Below are positions 48,928-57,757 of a stretch of 64,000 bases of DNA, piece after piece (positions within the stretch are counted from its first letter, which is position 1; every line of letters starts with the position of its first letter). The notes below the pieces were generated by a model, which saw only the letters and a list, made by a program, of their open reading frames with translations, did no database searches and had not been told where the DNA came from. This DNA comes from Flavobacteriaceae bacterium (lineage in GTDB: Bacteria; Bacteroidota; Bacteroidia; Flavobacteriales; Flavobacteriaceae): the NCBI GenBank assembly GCA_017852395.1, contig JAFMLE010000007.1, positions 16,101 through 80,100 of the forward strand, written 5' to 3'. The position numbers and the translations under genes are program-made.

Positions 48928-50019
48928 ATGAAAATTCAAGAAATACTTAACATACTCGAAGCTTGGGCCCCAAAAGCCTATGCCGAGGATTTTGACAATA
49001 CGGGCTTGCTGGTTGGCAATGCACACCAAAAATGTACTGGGGCATTGATCACACTCGATACCCTTCCTGAAACAATTTTAGAAGCAAAATCCAAAAACTG
49101 CAACCTGATTATAAGCTTTCATCCTATTATATTCAAAGGGCTAAAGCGCCTAACTGGCAGTGATTATGTCGAGCAAACCGTCCTCGAAGCAATTAAAAAT
49201 GACATCTGCATCTATGCGCTTCACACGGCACTTGACAATCACATCGAGGGGGTTAGTTTTGGTATTGCCCGACAATTGGGCTTAAAAAATCGGCAACTGT
49301 TGCTTCCCAAAAAAAACACCATAAAAAAACTCACAACCTATGTGCCACAGCAGCACGCAGAAACACTTTTAGAATCCCTGCATGCAGCGGGTGCTGGACA
49401 AATCGGCAGCTATGATCGATGTAGTTTTAGCAATACGGGTACGGGTGCATTTCGGGGCGATCAAAGCAGTAACCCCACCCTAGGTAAAGCAGGTCAAGAT
49501 GAAAAAGTTAGCGAAGTACAACTCCATTTGGTCTATAAGAAACACTTGGAAGCAGATGTCCTTAAAGCCCTATTTGCCTCCCATCCGTACGAAGAAATTG
49601 CCTATGAGATCACGCCTCTAGACAATGTCAATCAAAAAATTGGTATGGGAATGGTCGGCCAACTAGAAGCTCCTCTAACTCCAGAAGATTTTCTCGCCTT
49701 TGTCCATCAAAAAATGCTTACGGGACCTTTGAGACACTCGCGCTTGCCGAAAAAAAATATCAAAAAAGTGGCCGTTTTAGGTGGCTCGGGCAGCTTTGCT
49801 ATCGCACAAGCCAAAGCCCAAGGAGCTGACGCCTATGTGACGGCAGACCTTAAATATCACGACTTTTTCCAAGGCGACACCACCTTCTTATTGGTCGATA
49901 TAGGACATTATGAAAGTGAGCAGTTTACAAAAAATTTAATCCTTGATTTTCTTAACAAAAAAATACCTAATTTTGCGTTCGCTTTAGCGCAATCAACAAA
50001 TCCAGTTAACTATTTCTAA
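48928..50019 (+). CDS. Nif3-like dinuclear metal center protein
   Basis: 363 aa. Contains AEDFDNTGLLVG, ISFHPIIFKGLKRL and a C-terminal GHYESE. Confidence 0.88.
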   Translation: MKIQEILNILEAWAPKAYAEDFDNTGLLVGNAHQKCTGALITLDTLPETILEAKSKNCNLIISFHPIIFKGLKRLTGSDYVEQTVLEAIKNDICIYALHTALDNHIEGVSFGIARQLGLKNRQLLLPKKNTIKKLTTYVPQQHAETLLESLHAAGAGQIGSYDRCSFSNTGTGAFRGDQSSNPTLGKAGQDEKVSEVQLHLVYKKHLEADVLKALFASHPYEEIAYEITPLDNVNQKIGMGMVGQLEAPLTPEDFLAFVHQKMLTGPLRHSRLPKKNIKKVAVLGGSGSFAIAQAKAQGADAYVTADLKYHDFFQGDTTFLLVDIGHYESEQFTKNLILDFLNKKIPNFAFALAQSTNPVNYF

Positions 50020-50021
50020 CT

Positions 50022-50801
50022 ATGGCCAAGAAAAAAGAAATAACAGTAGAAGAAAAACTTCGAGCACTCTACGATTTACAATTGATCGATACACGTATTG
50101 ACGAAATTAGAAACGTACGTGGAGAACTCCCTCTTGAGGTTGAAGACCTCGAAAACGAAGTTGAAGGACTCAACAAGCGCTTGGAAAAGTTTACTGACGA
50201 AATCAGCGAACACAACACGCAAATAAAAACGTTGAAAAACAACATTGAAGTGGCTAAAGAAACTGCAAAAAAGTATGAAGCCAATCTCAAAAATGTTCGA
50301 AATAACCGAGAGTATAACTCTATTGTGAAAGAACAAGAGTACCAAGAGTTAGAAATTCAACTTTCTGAAAAGCGCATCAAAGAGTTTCAAGCCAAAATAG
50401 AACAGACCAACCTGACCATCGAAGAACTTCAAGAAAAGATTGCGGGCCGTCAAGCACACCTAGACAGCAAAAAGAAAGAACTCAACGATATCTTATCTGA
50501 AACACAAAAAGAAGAAGAAGCCCTTCTTAAAAAATCTGAAGAGTTCGAAAAAAATATCGAAAAACATTTGATCGATGCCTACAAACGCATCCGTGGAAAT
50601 GTAAAAAATGGTCTCGCTGTTGTAGCTGTAGATCGTGGGGCCTCAGGTGGATCGTATTTTACGATTCCGCCACAAACGCAAATGGAAATCGCTTCACGCG
50701 CCAAAATCATCACCGATGAACACAGTGGTAGAATTCTTGTAGATGCCCAATTGGCAGATGAAGAAAAAGAAAAAATGGACAAGCTGTTCCATACCGCCTA
50801 A
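50022..50801 (+). CDS. coiled-coil DUF164-type protein (zinc-ribbon region without cysteines)
   Basis: 259 aa. Has a long coiled coil and sits in the conserved position after the Nif3-like gene. C-terminal GASGGSYFTIPPQ...DEHSGRILV aligns by eye with the CxxC...CxxC ribbon of homologs. Confidence 0.65.
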   Translation: MAKKKEITVEEKLRALYDLQLIDTRIDEIRNVRGELPLEVEDLENEVEGLNKRLEKFTDEISEHNTQIKTLKNNIEVAKETAKKYEANLKNVRNNREYNSIVKEQEYQELEIQLSEKRIKEFQAKIEQTNLTIEELQEKIAGRQAHLDSKKKELNDILSETQKEEEALLKKSEEFEKNIEKHLIDAYKRIRGNVKNGLAVVAVDRGASGGSYFTIPPQTQMEIASRAKIITDEHSGRILVDAQLADEEKEKMDKLFHTA

Positions 50802-50823
50802 ATAAAAATAATTTTTGTTTTGC

Positions 50824-50851
50824 AAAAGCCCGAACCATGTTCGGGCTTTTT
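50824..50851 (+). terminator. intrinsic terminator
   Basis: AAAAGCCCGAAC-cat-GTTCGGGCTTTT followed by T-rich sequence. Confidence 0.75.
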
Positions 50852-50943
50852 ATTTCTTAAAAGATTTTTACATTATTTTGTAACCTTTACGTGTCATATT
50901 GAAAAAAATTGTTGCGTTTGCGTTACAATTAAACAAGAAAATC

Positions 50944-51333
50944 ATGGAAATTTTAATCCCCCTTTTCGGAATGGCCACTGGAGTTATAATCCCGATTGCC
51001 GTATTCATATGGCAGTATCATGAAAATAAAGGCAAGCGCGAAGCTGCAATCGAAATCTCGAAGCATTTAGACGATGCCTCAAAAATTGACGAGCTTATTG
51101 CCATTTTCGACGCCCGCAAAAAAGAGCCCATAGACTATCGAAGAAATGGGGTAATTACATTTTTTGTAGGCCTCGGCCTTTACTTATTCGGCTATGTTTG
51201 GCTAGGAATCGTATTTGAAGGCATCGGATTATTGGTCGGTACCATAGGCATTGGTACGCTGATTGCTGGTTACCTATACCCCAACACCGGCAAAGAGTTG
51301 ACAGACGCAGTCGAAAAATTTGAAAAAAGGTAG
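50944..51333 (+). CDS. small membrane protein (3 predicted TM helices)
   Basis: I use the ATG at 50944 (MEILIPLFGMATGVIIPIAVFIW...). Hydrophobic segments are visible, but no family was recognised. Confidence 0.5.
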   Translation: MEILIPLFGMATGVIIPIAVFIWQYHENKGKREAAIEISKHLDDASKIDELIAIFDARKKEPIDYRRNGVITFFVGLGLYLFGYVWLGIVFEGIGLLVGTIGIGTLIAGYLYPNTGKELTDAVEKFEKR

Positions 51334-51335
51334 TT

Positions 51336-51548
51336 TTGGGAAAAGACCACAAAAAACTATTAAACCAACTTGAAGCCTTTCGTAAATCTGCAGGTCTAAC
51401 ACAACAAGAGCTTTCAGAACATGCCGAGGTCTCCAGAAAAAGCATTAACGCAATCGAAAACGGCATGTACGTCCCATCAACCGTTTTGGCCCTAAAGATT
51501 GCAAAAACCCTCAACTGTACGGTCGAGGATCTTTTTCAACTACCTTAA
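51336..51548 (+). CDS. XRE-family helix-turn-helix transcriptional regulator (70 aa)
   Basis: Contains LTQQELSEHAEVSRKSINAIENGMYVPSTVLALKIAKTLNCTVEDLF. The apparent start is TTG, 3 nt after the upstream stop. Confidence 0.75.
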   Translation: MGKDHKKLLNQLEAFRKSAGLTQQELSEHAEVSRKSINAIENGMYVPSTVLALKIAKTLNCTVEDLFQLP

Positions 51549-51562
51549 AATAATTCAAAAAA

Positions 51563-51590
51563 AAATCCTGATGAATAAGCATCAGGATTT
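51563..51590 (-). terminator. intrinsic terminator downstream of tRNA-Val (also ends the + strand XRE gene)
   Basis: AAATCCTGATG-aataag-CATCAGGATTT. On the minus strand it is followed by nine T. Confidence 0.7.
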
Positions 51591-51599
51591 GTCTTGCTG

Positions 51600-51674
51600 T
51601 GGGCGCGAAGGGATTCGAACCCCTGACCCCCTGGGTGTAAACCAGGTGCTCTGAACCAACTGAGCTACGCGCCC
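51600..51674 (-). tRNA. tRNA-Val (anticodon UAC)
   Basis: Reverse complement: GGGCGCGTAGCTCAGTTGGTTCAGAGCACCTGGTTTACACCCAGGGGGTCAGGGGTTCGAATCCCTTCGCGCCCA. Acceptor stem is GGGCGCG/CGCGCCC. Anticodon loop is TTTACAC. T-loop is TTCGAAT. Confidence 0.92.
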
Positions 51675-51874
51675 GTAGTTAGGAACAAAGAATTTTAAAA
51701 GCAACTGTAAACTTTAAATTCTTTGCGAGGGCAAATATAGGACTACTCGATTAAATATCTCATAAATTAATCTAATTTTTTTGACGAATCAAAGGGGAGT
51801 AGAATTTCTATAAAAAAAAACTTCCATTGGCCGGTTGGCCTACTGTTTATTGGTGGGCTTCCAAACCCACAGCT

Positions 51875-53104
51875 TTATAGGATTTCGGCAACCACAAAGG
51901 TGCTTCCCGTAATCAAAATCAGATCCTGTTTTTCAGCATGGTGTTTAGCACTTTCCAAAGCTGCCGCAACACTGAGATGTGTTGAATGTCGAAGGGTGGT
52001 TTCTTTAAAAATAGCTTCCAAATCAAAAACACCCAACGATCTGGGAACATTTGCCTGTGTAAGATAATAGGAGGCCTCTTGGGGTAGAAAAGAAAGGATG
52101 TTTTTTAGGTCTTTGTCTTTTACAAAACCAATAATCACGTGCAATTTGTTGAAATTCTCCCCTTTTAGCTGTGCTTTTAAAAAGCCAAATCCTGCTTCAT
52201 TATGACTGACATCTGCGATGATCTTAGGTGCTGAAGATATCGTTTGCCAACGCCCCATTAGTCCGGTGGTTTTGGCCACTTGCGTTAATCCATTTTCGAG
52301 GGCATCTGAAGCGATTTCGAATCCTTCGAGTTGTTGCAAAGCAGTACATGTGGTTTGAAGGTTTTTATATTGATAAATCCCCTTCAGATCGGTTTGTAAT
52401 GGTTTTGGAAGCTCAAAATCCTCGGCATAAAAAATTGGGGCGCATACGGCTTGGGCTTTGGACTCAAAAACAGCGGCGGTTTCGGGGTCTTTTTCTCCAA
52501 TAATAACGGGGGTATGGGGCTTAATGATTCCGGCTTTTTCTTTTGCAATTTGTGCACGATCCGTCCCCAAATATTGGGTGTGATCCAGACTGATGTTTGT
52601 GATTATAGAAAGAAGTGGGTCTATAATATTGGTTGCGTCCAATCGGCCACCCATACCCACTTCGATCACAGCGATATCAACTTTTTCTATTTTAAAAATT
52701 TCAAACGCCATCGCAACGGTAAGTTCAAAAAAAGTTGGGTGTTGTTCTTGAAAAAATAAAAAATGCAGCTGAATAAAATCAACTACTTGTGATTTGGCAA
52801 TCTGCTGGCCATTGATTTTGATCCGTTCTCTAAAATCTTTAAGGTGTGGGGATGTGTACAAACCTACTCGATAGCCTGCTTTTTGCAATACCGCAGCCAG
52901 CATATGTGAAGTCGATCCTTTGCCGTTAGTGCCTCCAATATGAAGGGTTGGATATTGCTTTTGTGGATCTCCAAGGTATTGGGTCAAGCGGGTGATTTTT
53001 TCTAAACCAGGTCGAAATGCTGCAGCTCCATGGGTCTGAAATTGGGGCAACTGCTGATAAAGCCAATCGATGACCTCATCATAATTTTTTGGGGGCTTAT
53101 TCAC
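51875..53104 (-). CDS. folC: bifunctional folylpolyglutamate synthase / dihydrofolate synthase
   Basis: 409 aa. Contains HIGGTNGKGST (P-loop) and has the Mur ligase family layout. Confidence 0.9.
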   Translation of the reverse strand: MNKPPKNYDEVIDWLYQQLPQFQTHGAAAFRPGLEKITRLTQYLGDPQKQYPTLHIGGTNGKGSTSHMLAAVLQKAGYRVGLYTSPHLKDFRERIKINGQQIAKSQVVDFIQLHFLFFQEQHPTFFELTVAMAFEIFKIEKVDIAVIEVGMGGRLDATNIIDPLLSIITNISLDHTQYLGTDRAQIAKEKAGIIKPHTPVIIGEKDPETAAVFESKAQAVCAPIFYAEDFELPKPLQTDLKGIYQYKNLQTTCTALQQLEGFEIASDALENGLTQVAKTTGLMGRWQTISSAPKIIADVSHNEAGFGFLKAQLKGENFNKLHVIIGFVKDKDLKNILSFLPQEASYYLTQANVPRSLGVFDLEAIFKETTLRHSTHLSVAAALESAKHHAEKQDLILITGSTFVVAEIL

Positions 53105-53945
53105 GTAATTTGAACTGGATTACAATAAAACCGATTTGTTTGTTTGGCGCTTTGGCGTCTGGATTCCAGCGGTGCAACAGCGCCGTTTCTTTGGCCGGCG
53201 TCAACAAACAGGGGTGTGAATTTGTGGTGCCTTTGACTCCGGGTTGTGCCTCTACTACGTTGCCATTATTATCAACCGTTATACGGACTACAACAATTCC
53301 TTCTTGGTTGCAATCCTGAGCTACTTTTCCACTGGTTTGCAAATTTCTTCCGTTTAGTCCATAGCCAGTACCCGATCCACCAGGGCCCGCTGTGTTATAA
53401 TAACTGTTGGCGTAAGGATTGCCATCTTCTTTTCCTTTATCTCCAGCTTGGGTATCGTCTCCTTCACCGGTTTGGGTTTGGGTATTTTGTTGTTGTCCTT
53501 GAATCAGATTTTTTAAAACATTTTTTGTCGCTTCAGAAACTTGAGGCTGGGGTGGTGTAGCTTCGGTGGGAGGCGCTTCAGTTTCTTTGACCTCTTGAAT
53601 TTGGGGGGCCGGTTTCTCTTTTTTTTCTTCCGGGATGCTCACCGTACTTTCTTCTTGTGTAAGAACTTCTTTTGGGCTTGTTTGGGGTTGTGCTTTTGGG
53701 GTGCTGGTAGTGGGCTTTGGTGTCGGTTGTACGGGCTTCGTTTTGGGCTGTGTAGCTACCGCTGATTGGGGCTGCTCGGGTCCACTACCCCGATTGGAAG
53801 TGCCAAAATTGACCTCAACACCATAGGCAACCGGTGGATCATAGTACGTAAGTCCTAAAACAAAAAACAACAACATCAGAAGCAAGGCAATTAGTGTTGT
53901 TATTACCGCAGATTTTTTTTCGTGTTGCGTTTCTAAAAATTTCAT
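53097..53945 (-). CDS. tonB: energy transducer TonB
   Basis: I use the ATG at 53945 (MKFLETQ...). Has an N-terminal TM helix, a Pro/Lys/Thr-rich spacer, and a C-terminal TonB domain (GIVVVRITVDNNGNV). Confidence 0.8.
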   Translation of the reverse strand: MKFLETQHEKKSAVITTLIALLLMLLFFVLGLTYYDPPVAYGVEVNFGTSNRGSGPEQPQSAVATQPKTKPVQPTPKPTTSTPKAQPQTSPKEVLTQEESTVSIPEEKKEKPAPQIQEVKETEAPPTEATPPQPQVSEATKNVLKNLIQGQQQNTQTQTGEGDDTQAGDKGKEDGNPYANSYYNTAGPGGSGTGYGLNGRNLQTSGKVAQDCNQEGIVVVRITVDNNGNVVEAQPGVKGTTNSHPCLLTPAKETALLHRWNPDAKAPNKQIGFIVIQFKLRE

Positions 53946-53946
53946 T

Positions 53947-54342
53947 TTATTGCGTGTCAACTGCTAAAACAACCTTAATCCCATTTTGATTGGCAAGATC
54001 CATAACATAAACAACTTGATCTATCGCTACATTTTTAGCTGCGCGTAATACGATTGAAGGTGTGCTAAGCCGACTTACTTTTTGTAGTAGGGTACTCCGC
54101 AATGCTCCTTTAGAAACCGATAATTCATCTACATAAAATTGATTATTGGCACTGATCGTGACCGCTACGGTATTGCGGTTTTCGGTTTTTCCTTTAGCCT
54201 CGGGTAGCTGCACCTCAATGGTGTTGAGCTGCTTGGCCAAAGTCGAAGCAATCATGAAAAAAATCAATAGCAAGAACACCACGTCGGTCATGGAGGACAT
54301 GTTGAATTCTGGAGTGATTTTATTTCGCCCTCTTAAATTCAT
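53947..54342 (-). CDS. exbD: ExbD/TolR biopolymer transport protein
   Basis: 131 aa. Contains MSSMTDVVFLLLIFFM. Confidence 0.9.
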   Translation of the reverse strand: MNLRGRNKITPEFNMSSMTDVVFLLLIFFMIASTLAKQLNTIEVQLPEAKGKTENRNTVAVTISANNQFYVDELSVSKGALRSTLLQKVSRLSTPSIVLRAAKNVAIDQVVYVMDLANQNGIKVVLAVDTQ

Positions 54343-54345
54343 GAC

Positions 54346-55020
54346 TTAAGCGGGTTCATTTAGCAAATCCAAAAAATCCAGCGCGCTGGATTCCATTTGA
54401 TAAACCACTTTATTGGTTTTTACAACCAAATGATTGTAGGTGATATAACCAATGATTCCAACAATAAGACCCGCAACCGTAGTGGTCATGGCCGTGTACA
54501 AACCATCCGATAGCAGTTTCATGTCTATATTGCCTCCTGCATTAGAAATTTCAAAGATGGAAAGAATCATCCCAATAACGGTTCCTAAAAACCCAATCAT
54601 TGGTGCGGCTCCAGCTATGGTAGCGAGGACGCTGACGTTTTTTTCCAATTTATATACTTCTAATCTCCCGGCATTTTCGATTGCGGTATTGATGTCTTCT
54701 AAGGGGCGCCCAATCCGAGAAATACCTTTAGATATCATACGTGCCACGGGTTTGTTTTGATTCATACACAAAGCCTGTGCGCCTTCAATTTTTCCACCAA
54801 TGACATAGGTTCGTATTTGTGGCATAAAGTTGGCGTCAAATCGGGATGCCGATCGAATTGCAAACAACCGTTCAAAATAGATGTAAATTACAATAAGCAA
54901 TAGCACAAAAAGCACCCCAATGATTAGTTGCCCACCAAGGCCACCATTTTGAATCAATTCGATAAGCGAAAGGGTTTTTTCTTCTTGTATAGGGAGTCCT
55001 GAGTCTTGAATACCTGTCAT
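54346..55020 (-). CDS. exbB: MotA/TolQ/ExbB proton channel protein
   Basis: 224 aa. Contains ATIAGAAPMIGFLGTVIGMI. Confidence 0.9.
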   Translation of the reverse strand: MTGIQDSGLPIQEEKTLSLIELIQNGGLGGQLIIGVLFVLLLIVIYIYFERLFAIRSASRFDANFMPQIRTYVIGGKIEGAQALCMNQNKPVARMISKGISRIGRPLEDINTAIENAGRLEVYKLEKNVSVLATIAGAAPMIGFLGTVIGMILSIFEISNAGGNIDMKLLSDGLYTAMTTTVAGLIVGIIGYITYNHLVVKTNKVVYQMESSALDFLDLLNEPA

Positions 55021-55067
55021 GTTTTTAATGATGGATTATATCATTAAACGCGTTTTTTTAAAATTAA

Positions 55068-56399
55068 TTATACAAAGATAAAATCGCGTAAAAGAATAAA
55101 GGTTATTGCTCCGGTTGCAAAGCCAATAAAGGCCAATCCGGATATTTTTTTCAGATACCAGAAAAAGTCAATTTTTTCCATACCCATTGCCACAACACCT
55201 GCTGCTGAACCTATAATCAGCATGCTACCACCTGTTCCTGCCGAGAAGGCAATAAAGTGCCAAAGTGGATTGTCTGTAGGTTCTGAAAACATTCCCATAC
55301 TTGCAGCTACCAAAGGCACATTGTCAATGACAGCAGAGCCCACGCCCAACAAGGCAATAACGATATCTGTATTGGGTATGGCTTGGTTGAGTGAACCGGC
55401 AAAACCAAACAACAATCCCAAAGACTCTAGAGCAGCCACCGCCATGAGTATCCCTAAGAAAAAGAGAATGCTGGGCAACTCAATTTTTGATAACGAACTG
55501 TGCACAGGGCTATGGTTTGCATGTTGCGTATGTTCTTCATCGATGGAAGTGATGTTGATTTTTGCATTGCTAAAAATCTCAGCAAATGTAGCAACAACGG
55601 CCAGCGAGAGCATCATACCTACATAGGGTGGAAGATGGGTAAGGGTTTTGAAAATAGGCACAAATACGATCGCCGAGAGGCCCAAATAAAGCATGGTTGC
55701 TCCATGCTTGTGTTCGGTTCCGACCTCATCATTCTCAACCGTTTGCAATTCTCCTCGAAAAGCAGGTAAATAAGACGCGATCAATACAGGAACCACAAGA
55801 CAAACAAAAGATGGTAGCAACAAATAACTAATCAATTTTATGGTAGTAACCTTCTTGCCAATCCACAACATTGTGGTGGTAACGTCTCCTATTGGAGACC
55901 AGGCTCCTCCAGCGTTTGCAGCAATAATAATCAGTCCTGCAAACCAAATTCTTTGATCGCGTTGTTTGATCACTTTTTGCAAAATAGTAATCAATACAAT
56001 GGTAGCGGTCAGGTTATCAATTATGGCAGAAAGTATAAAGGCTAGCAAGGTAAAAATCCAGAGTAGGCTTTTTAGTTTTTTGGTTTTTATAAATGATTTT
56101 ATGGTCGCAAATCCATTAAAATAATCAATGATTTCTACAATGGTCATGGCGCCTAATAAGAAAATCAGAATCTCTGCGGTTTTCCCCAAATGATGCAATA
56201 AAATTTCATCGAGATGGGTCGGTTTCAATTCTTTAAGGGCAGTATCCACTTCAAAAACAGGGAGGTGGGTCACTGCCACAATCGCCCACAACAGGGCCAT
56301 CATTGCCAAGGCAGGAATCAGTTTATCAATTTTTAGCGTATGCTCGAGTGTAATCGCTAGATATCCAGTTACAAAGATTGCAATTAGAAGAAGTTCCAT
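55068..56399 (-). CDS. nhaD: NhaD/ArsB-superfamily Na+/H+ antiporter
   Basis: 443 aa, polytopic. SAIIDNLTAT and SAVIDNVPLV form a repeated motif typical of NhaD-type antiporters. Confidence 0.8.
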   Translation of the reverse strand: MELLLIAIFVTGYLAITLEHTLKIDKLIPALAMMALLWAIVAVTHLPVFEVDTALKELKPTHLDEILLHHLGKTAEILIFLLGAMTIVEIIDYFNGFATIKSFIKTKKLKSLLWIFTLLAFILSAIIDNLTATIVLITILQKVIKQRDQRIWFAGLIIIAANAGGAWSPIGDVTTTMLWIGKKVTTIKLISYLLLPSFVCLVVPVLIASYLPAFRGELQTVENDEVGTEHKHGATMLYLGLSAIVFVPIFKTLTHLPPYVGMMLSLAVVATFAEIFSNAKINITSIDEEHTQHANHSPVHSSLSKIELPSILFFLGILMAVAALESLGLLFGFAGSLNQAIPNTDIVIALLGVGSAVIDNVPLVAASMGMFSEPTDNPLWHFIAFSAGTGGSMLIIGSAAGVVAMGMEKIDFFWYLKKISGLAFIGFATGAITFILLRDFIFV

Positions 56400-56485
56400 G
56401 TATGATTGTATTTCTGAAAGTTATCCATAAACAAACTTTCCATATGTCGGAACTAAAGTAAACATTATTCAGTCATAAAAAAGTG

Positions 56486-57547
56486 TTAGGGAAAAAATAT
56501 CTGTCCAGAACTGTGGTCTTTTTGAGCTCCAGTAACACCCGCAAGGCAATTTGTTTCATTCCTTAGCTTTAAGACTCCAAGAAAACCAAAAATCAACGCC
56601 TCTTTATAGGCTACAATACCCGCTTCCGGAACCACAATTTGGGATTGGGTTTGTTCTTGAATCCTTTGAATCAAGAACCGATTGAAAGCACCACCACCCG
56701 TTATCAAAATCCTACCTTGTTGAGGAAGCTGATTTGCAATTTGAAGTGCTATATGTTGGGTATAGGTATGCAGCAAATCTTCTACTGAGGCCGTTTGAAA
56801 ATCTGAAAAAATTGGCACTATATGCTCCGACACCCATTCTACCCCCAAAGACTTTGGAGCCGCTTGACGATAAAAATCTAACCCCTGAAGCCGATCAAAA
56901 AGAGAAACAATCATCTGCCCTTTTCGGGCCCATTTACCATCCTCATCATAGGGCCTGTTTAGCCGAGATGCCAAGCGATTTAGAACCGTATTTACCGCAC
57001 AGATATCATAGGCTTTGTATGCCCCTTGATGGGTGGTAGAAATATTGGCAAAACCACCAAGATTCACACATGCATCGTAGGTAGAAAACAACAACTGGTC
57101 CCCTATTGGTACCAAAGGCGCCCCTTGCCCCCCAAGCGCAACATCCTGTGATCTAAAATCACAAACAACGGTGCGTTGTGTATGGCTTGCCAAAGCAGGC
57201 AAATTTCCCAATTGGTACGTAATACCTCGTTGTGGCTGGTGTAGGGCCGTATGCCCGTGCGAGGATAAAAAAACTTCTTTGGGTAGCTGGTGCTCGTGAC
57301 AAAATCTATTGACGCAATCTCCCAAATAACGCGTAAACTCATGATCCAAATCTGCTAAATCAGCTCGTGAATAAGAGGTCAAATTCGCCAACTTCTGATA
57401 CCAATAATCGGGATAGGGATACGTAGCACAAACGCCCATGTCAAAGTGCCAGTGGTCTTTTTTTTCGAAGGTCACTTCGGCCAAATCCACACCGTCCAAA
57501 GAAGTACCGGACATCAATCCAATCACACGATAGATCGCTCTTTCCAT
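56486..57547 (-). CDS. anmK: anhydro-N-acetylmuramic acid kinase
   Basis: 353 aa. Contains GLMSGTSLDGVD and NLGGFANIS. Confidence 0.9.
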   Translation of the reverse strand: MERAIYRVIGLMSGTSLDGVDLAEVTFEKKDHWHFDMGVCATYPYPDYWYQKLANLTSYSRADLADLDHEFTRYLGDCVNRFCHEHQLPKEVFLSSHGHTALHQPQRGITYQLGNLPALASHTQRTVVCDFRSQDVALGGQGAPLVPIGDQLLFSTYDACVNLGGFANISTTHQGAYKAYDICAVNTVLNRLASRLNRPYDEDGKWARKGQMIVSLFDRLQGLDFYRQAAPKSLGVEWVSEHIVPIFSDFQTASVEDLLHTYTQHIALQIANQLPQQGRILITGGGAFNRFLIQRIQEQTQSQIVVPEAGIVAYKEALIFGFLGVLKLRNETNCLAGVTGAQKDHSSGQIFFP

Positions 57548-57725
57548 TTTTATAAAATCTTAGATTAATGTACTAAAACCATCGGAATGAAATGAGGATT
57601 AGTCAATTTATAATTTTTATAGGTCTTACATTATTATATTAATAATTTTTTGGGGTCAAAATCAGGATTCTTTCATTTTCAAAAAGGTTAAAACCGCTTG
57701 GCTCCCGTAGAAAAAAGAGAACCCG

Positions 57726-57733
57726 TATTTTTG
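57726..57733 (+). promoter_or_regulatory. -7 promoter box TATTTTTG for gltBD
   Basis: Exact TAnnTTTG, 24 nt upstream of the gltB ATG. Confidence 0.4.
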
Positions 57734-57757
57734 ATTTCTTAAAAAAACAACAACTTT

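Noticed and set aside
51686-51725. Imperfect inverted repeat CAAAGAATTTTAAAAG...CTTTAAATTCTTTG upstream of tRNA-Val
   Set aside because: It is AT-rich with bulges and lies in the tRNA promoter region. It could be fortuitous, and no function can be supported from the sequence alone.
53400-53800. Repetitive-looking G/T-rich DNA on the plus strand
   Set aside because: It encodes the Pro/Lys/Thr/Gln-rich periplasmic spacer of TonB. This is compositional low complexity. It is not a tandem repeat, CRISPR array or mobile element.
57548-57757. 210-nt spacer upstream of gltB, examined for a riboswitch or leader peptide
   Set aside because: I found only a 7-bp complementarity (AATGAAA/TTTCATT), tiny ORFs with no amino-acid bias, and no terminator. 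The -7 box sits 24 nt from the ATG, so most of the spacer is probably upstream promoter DNA shared with divergent anmK.
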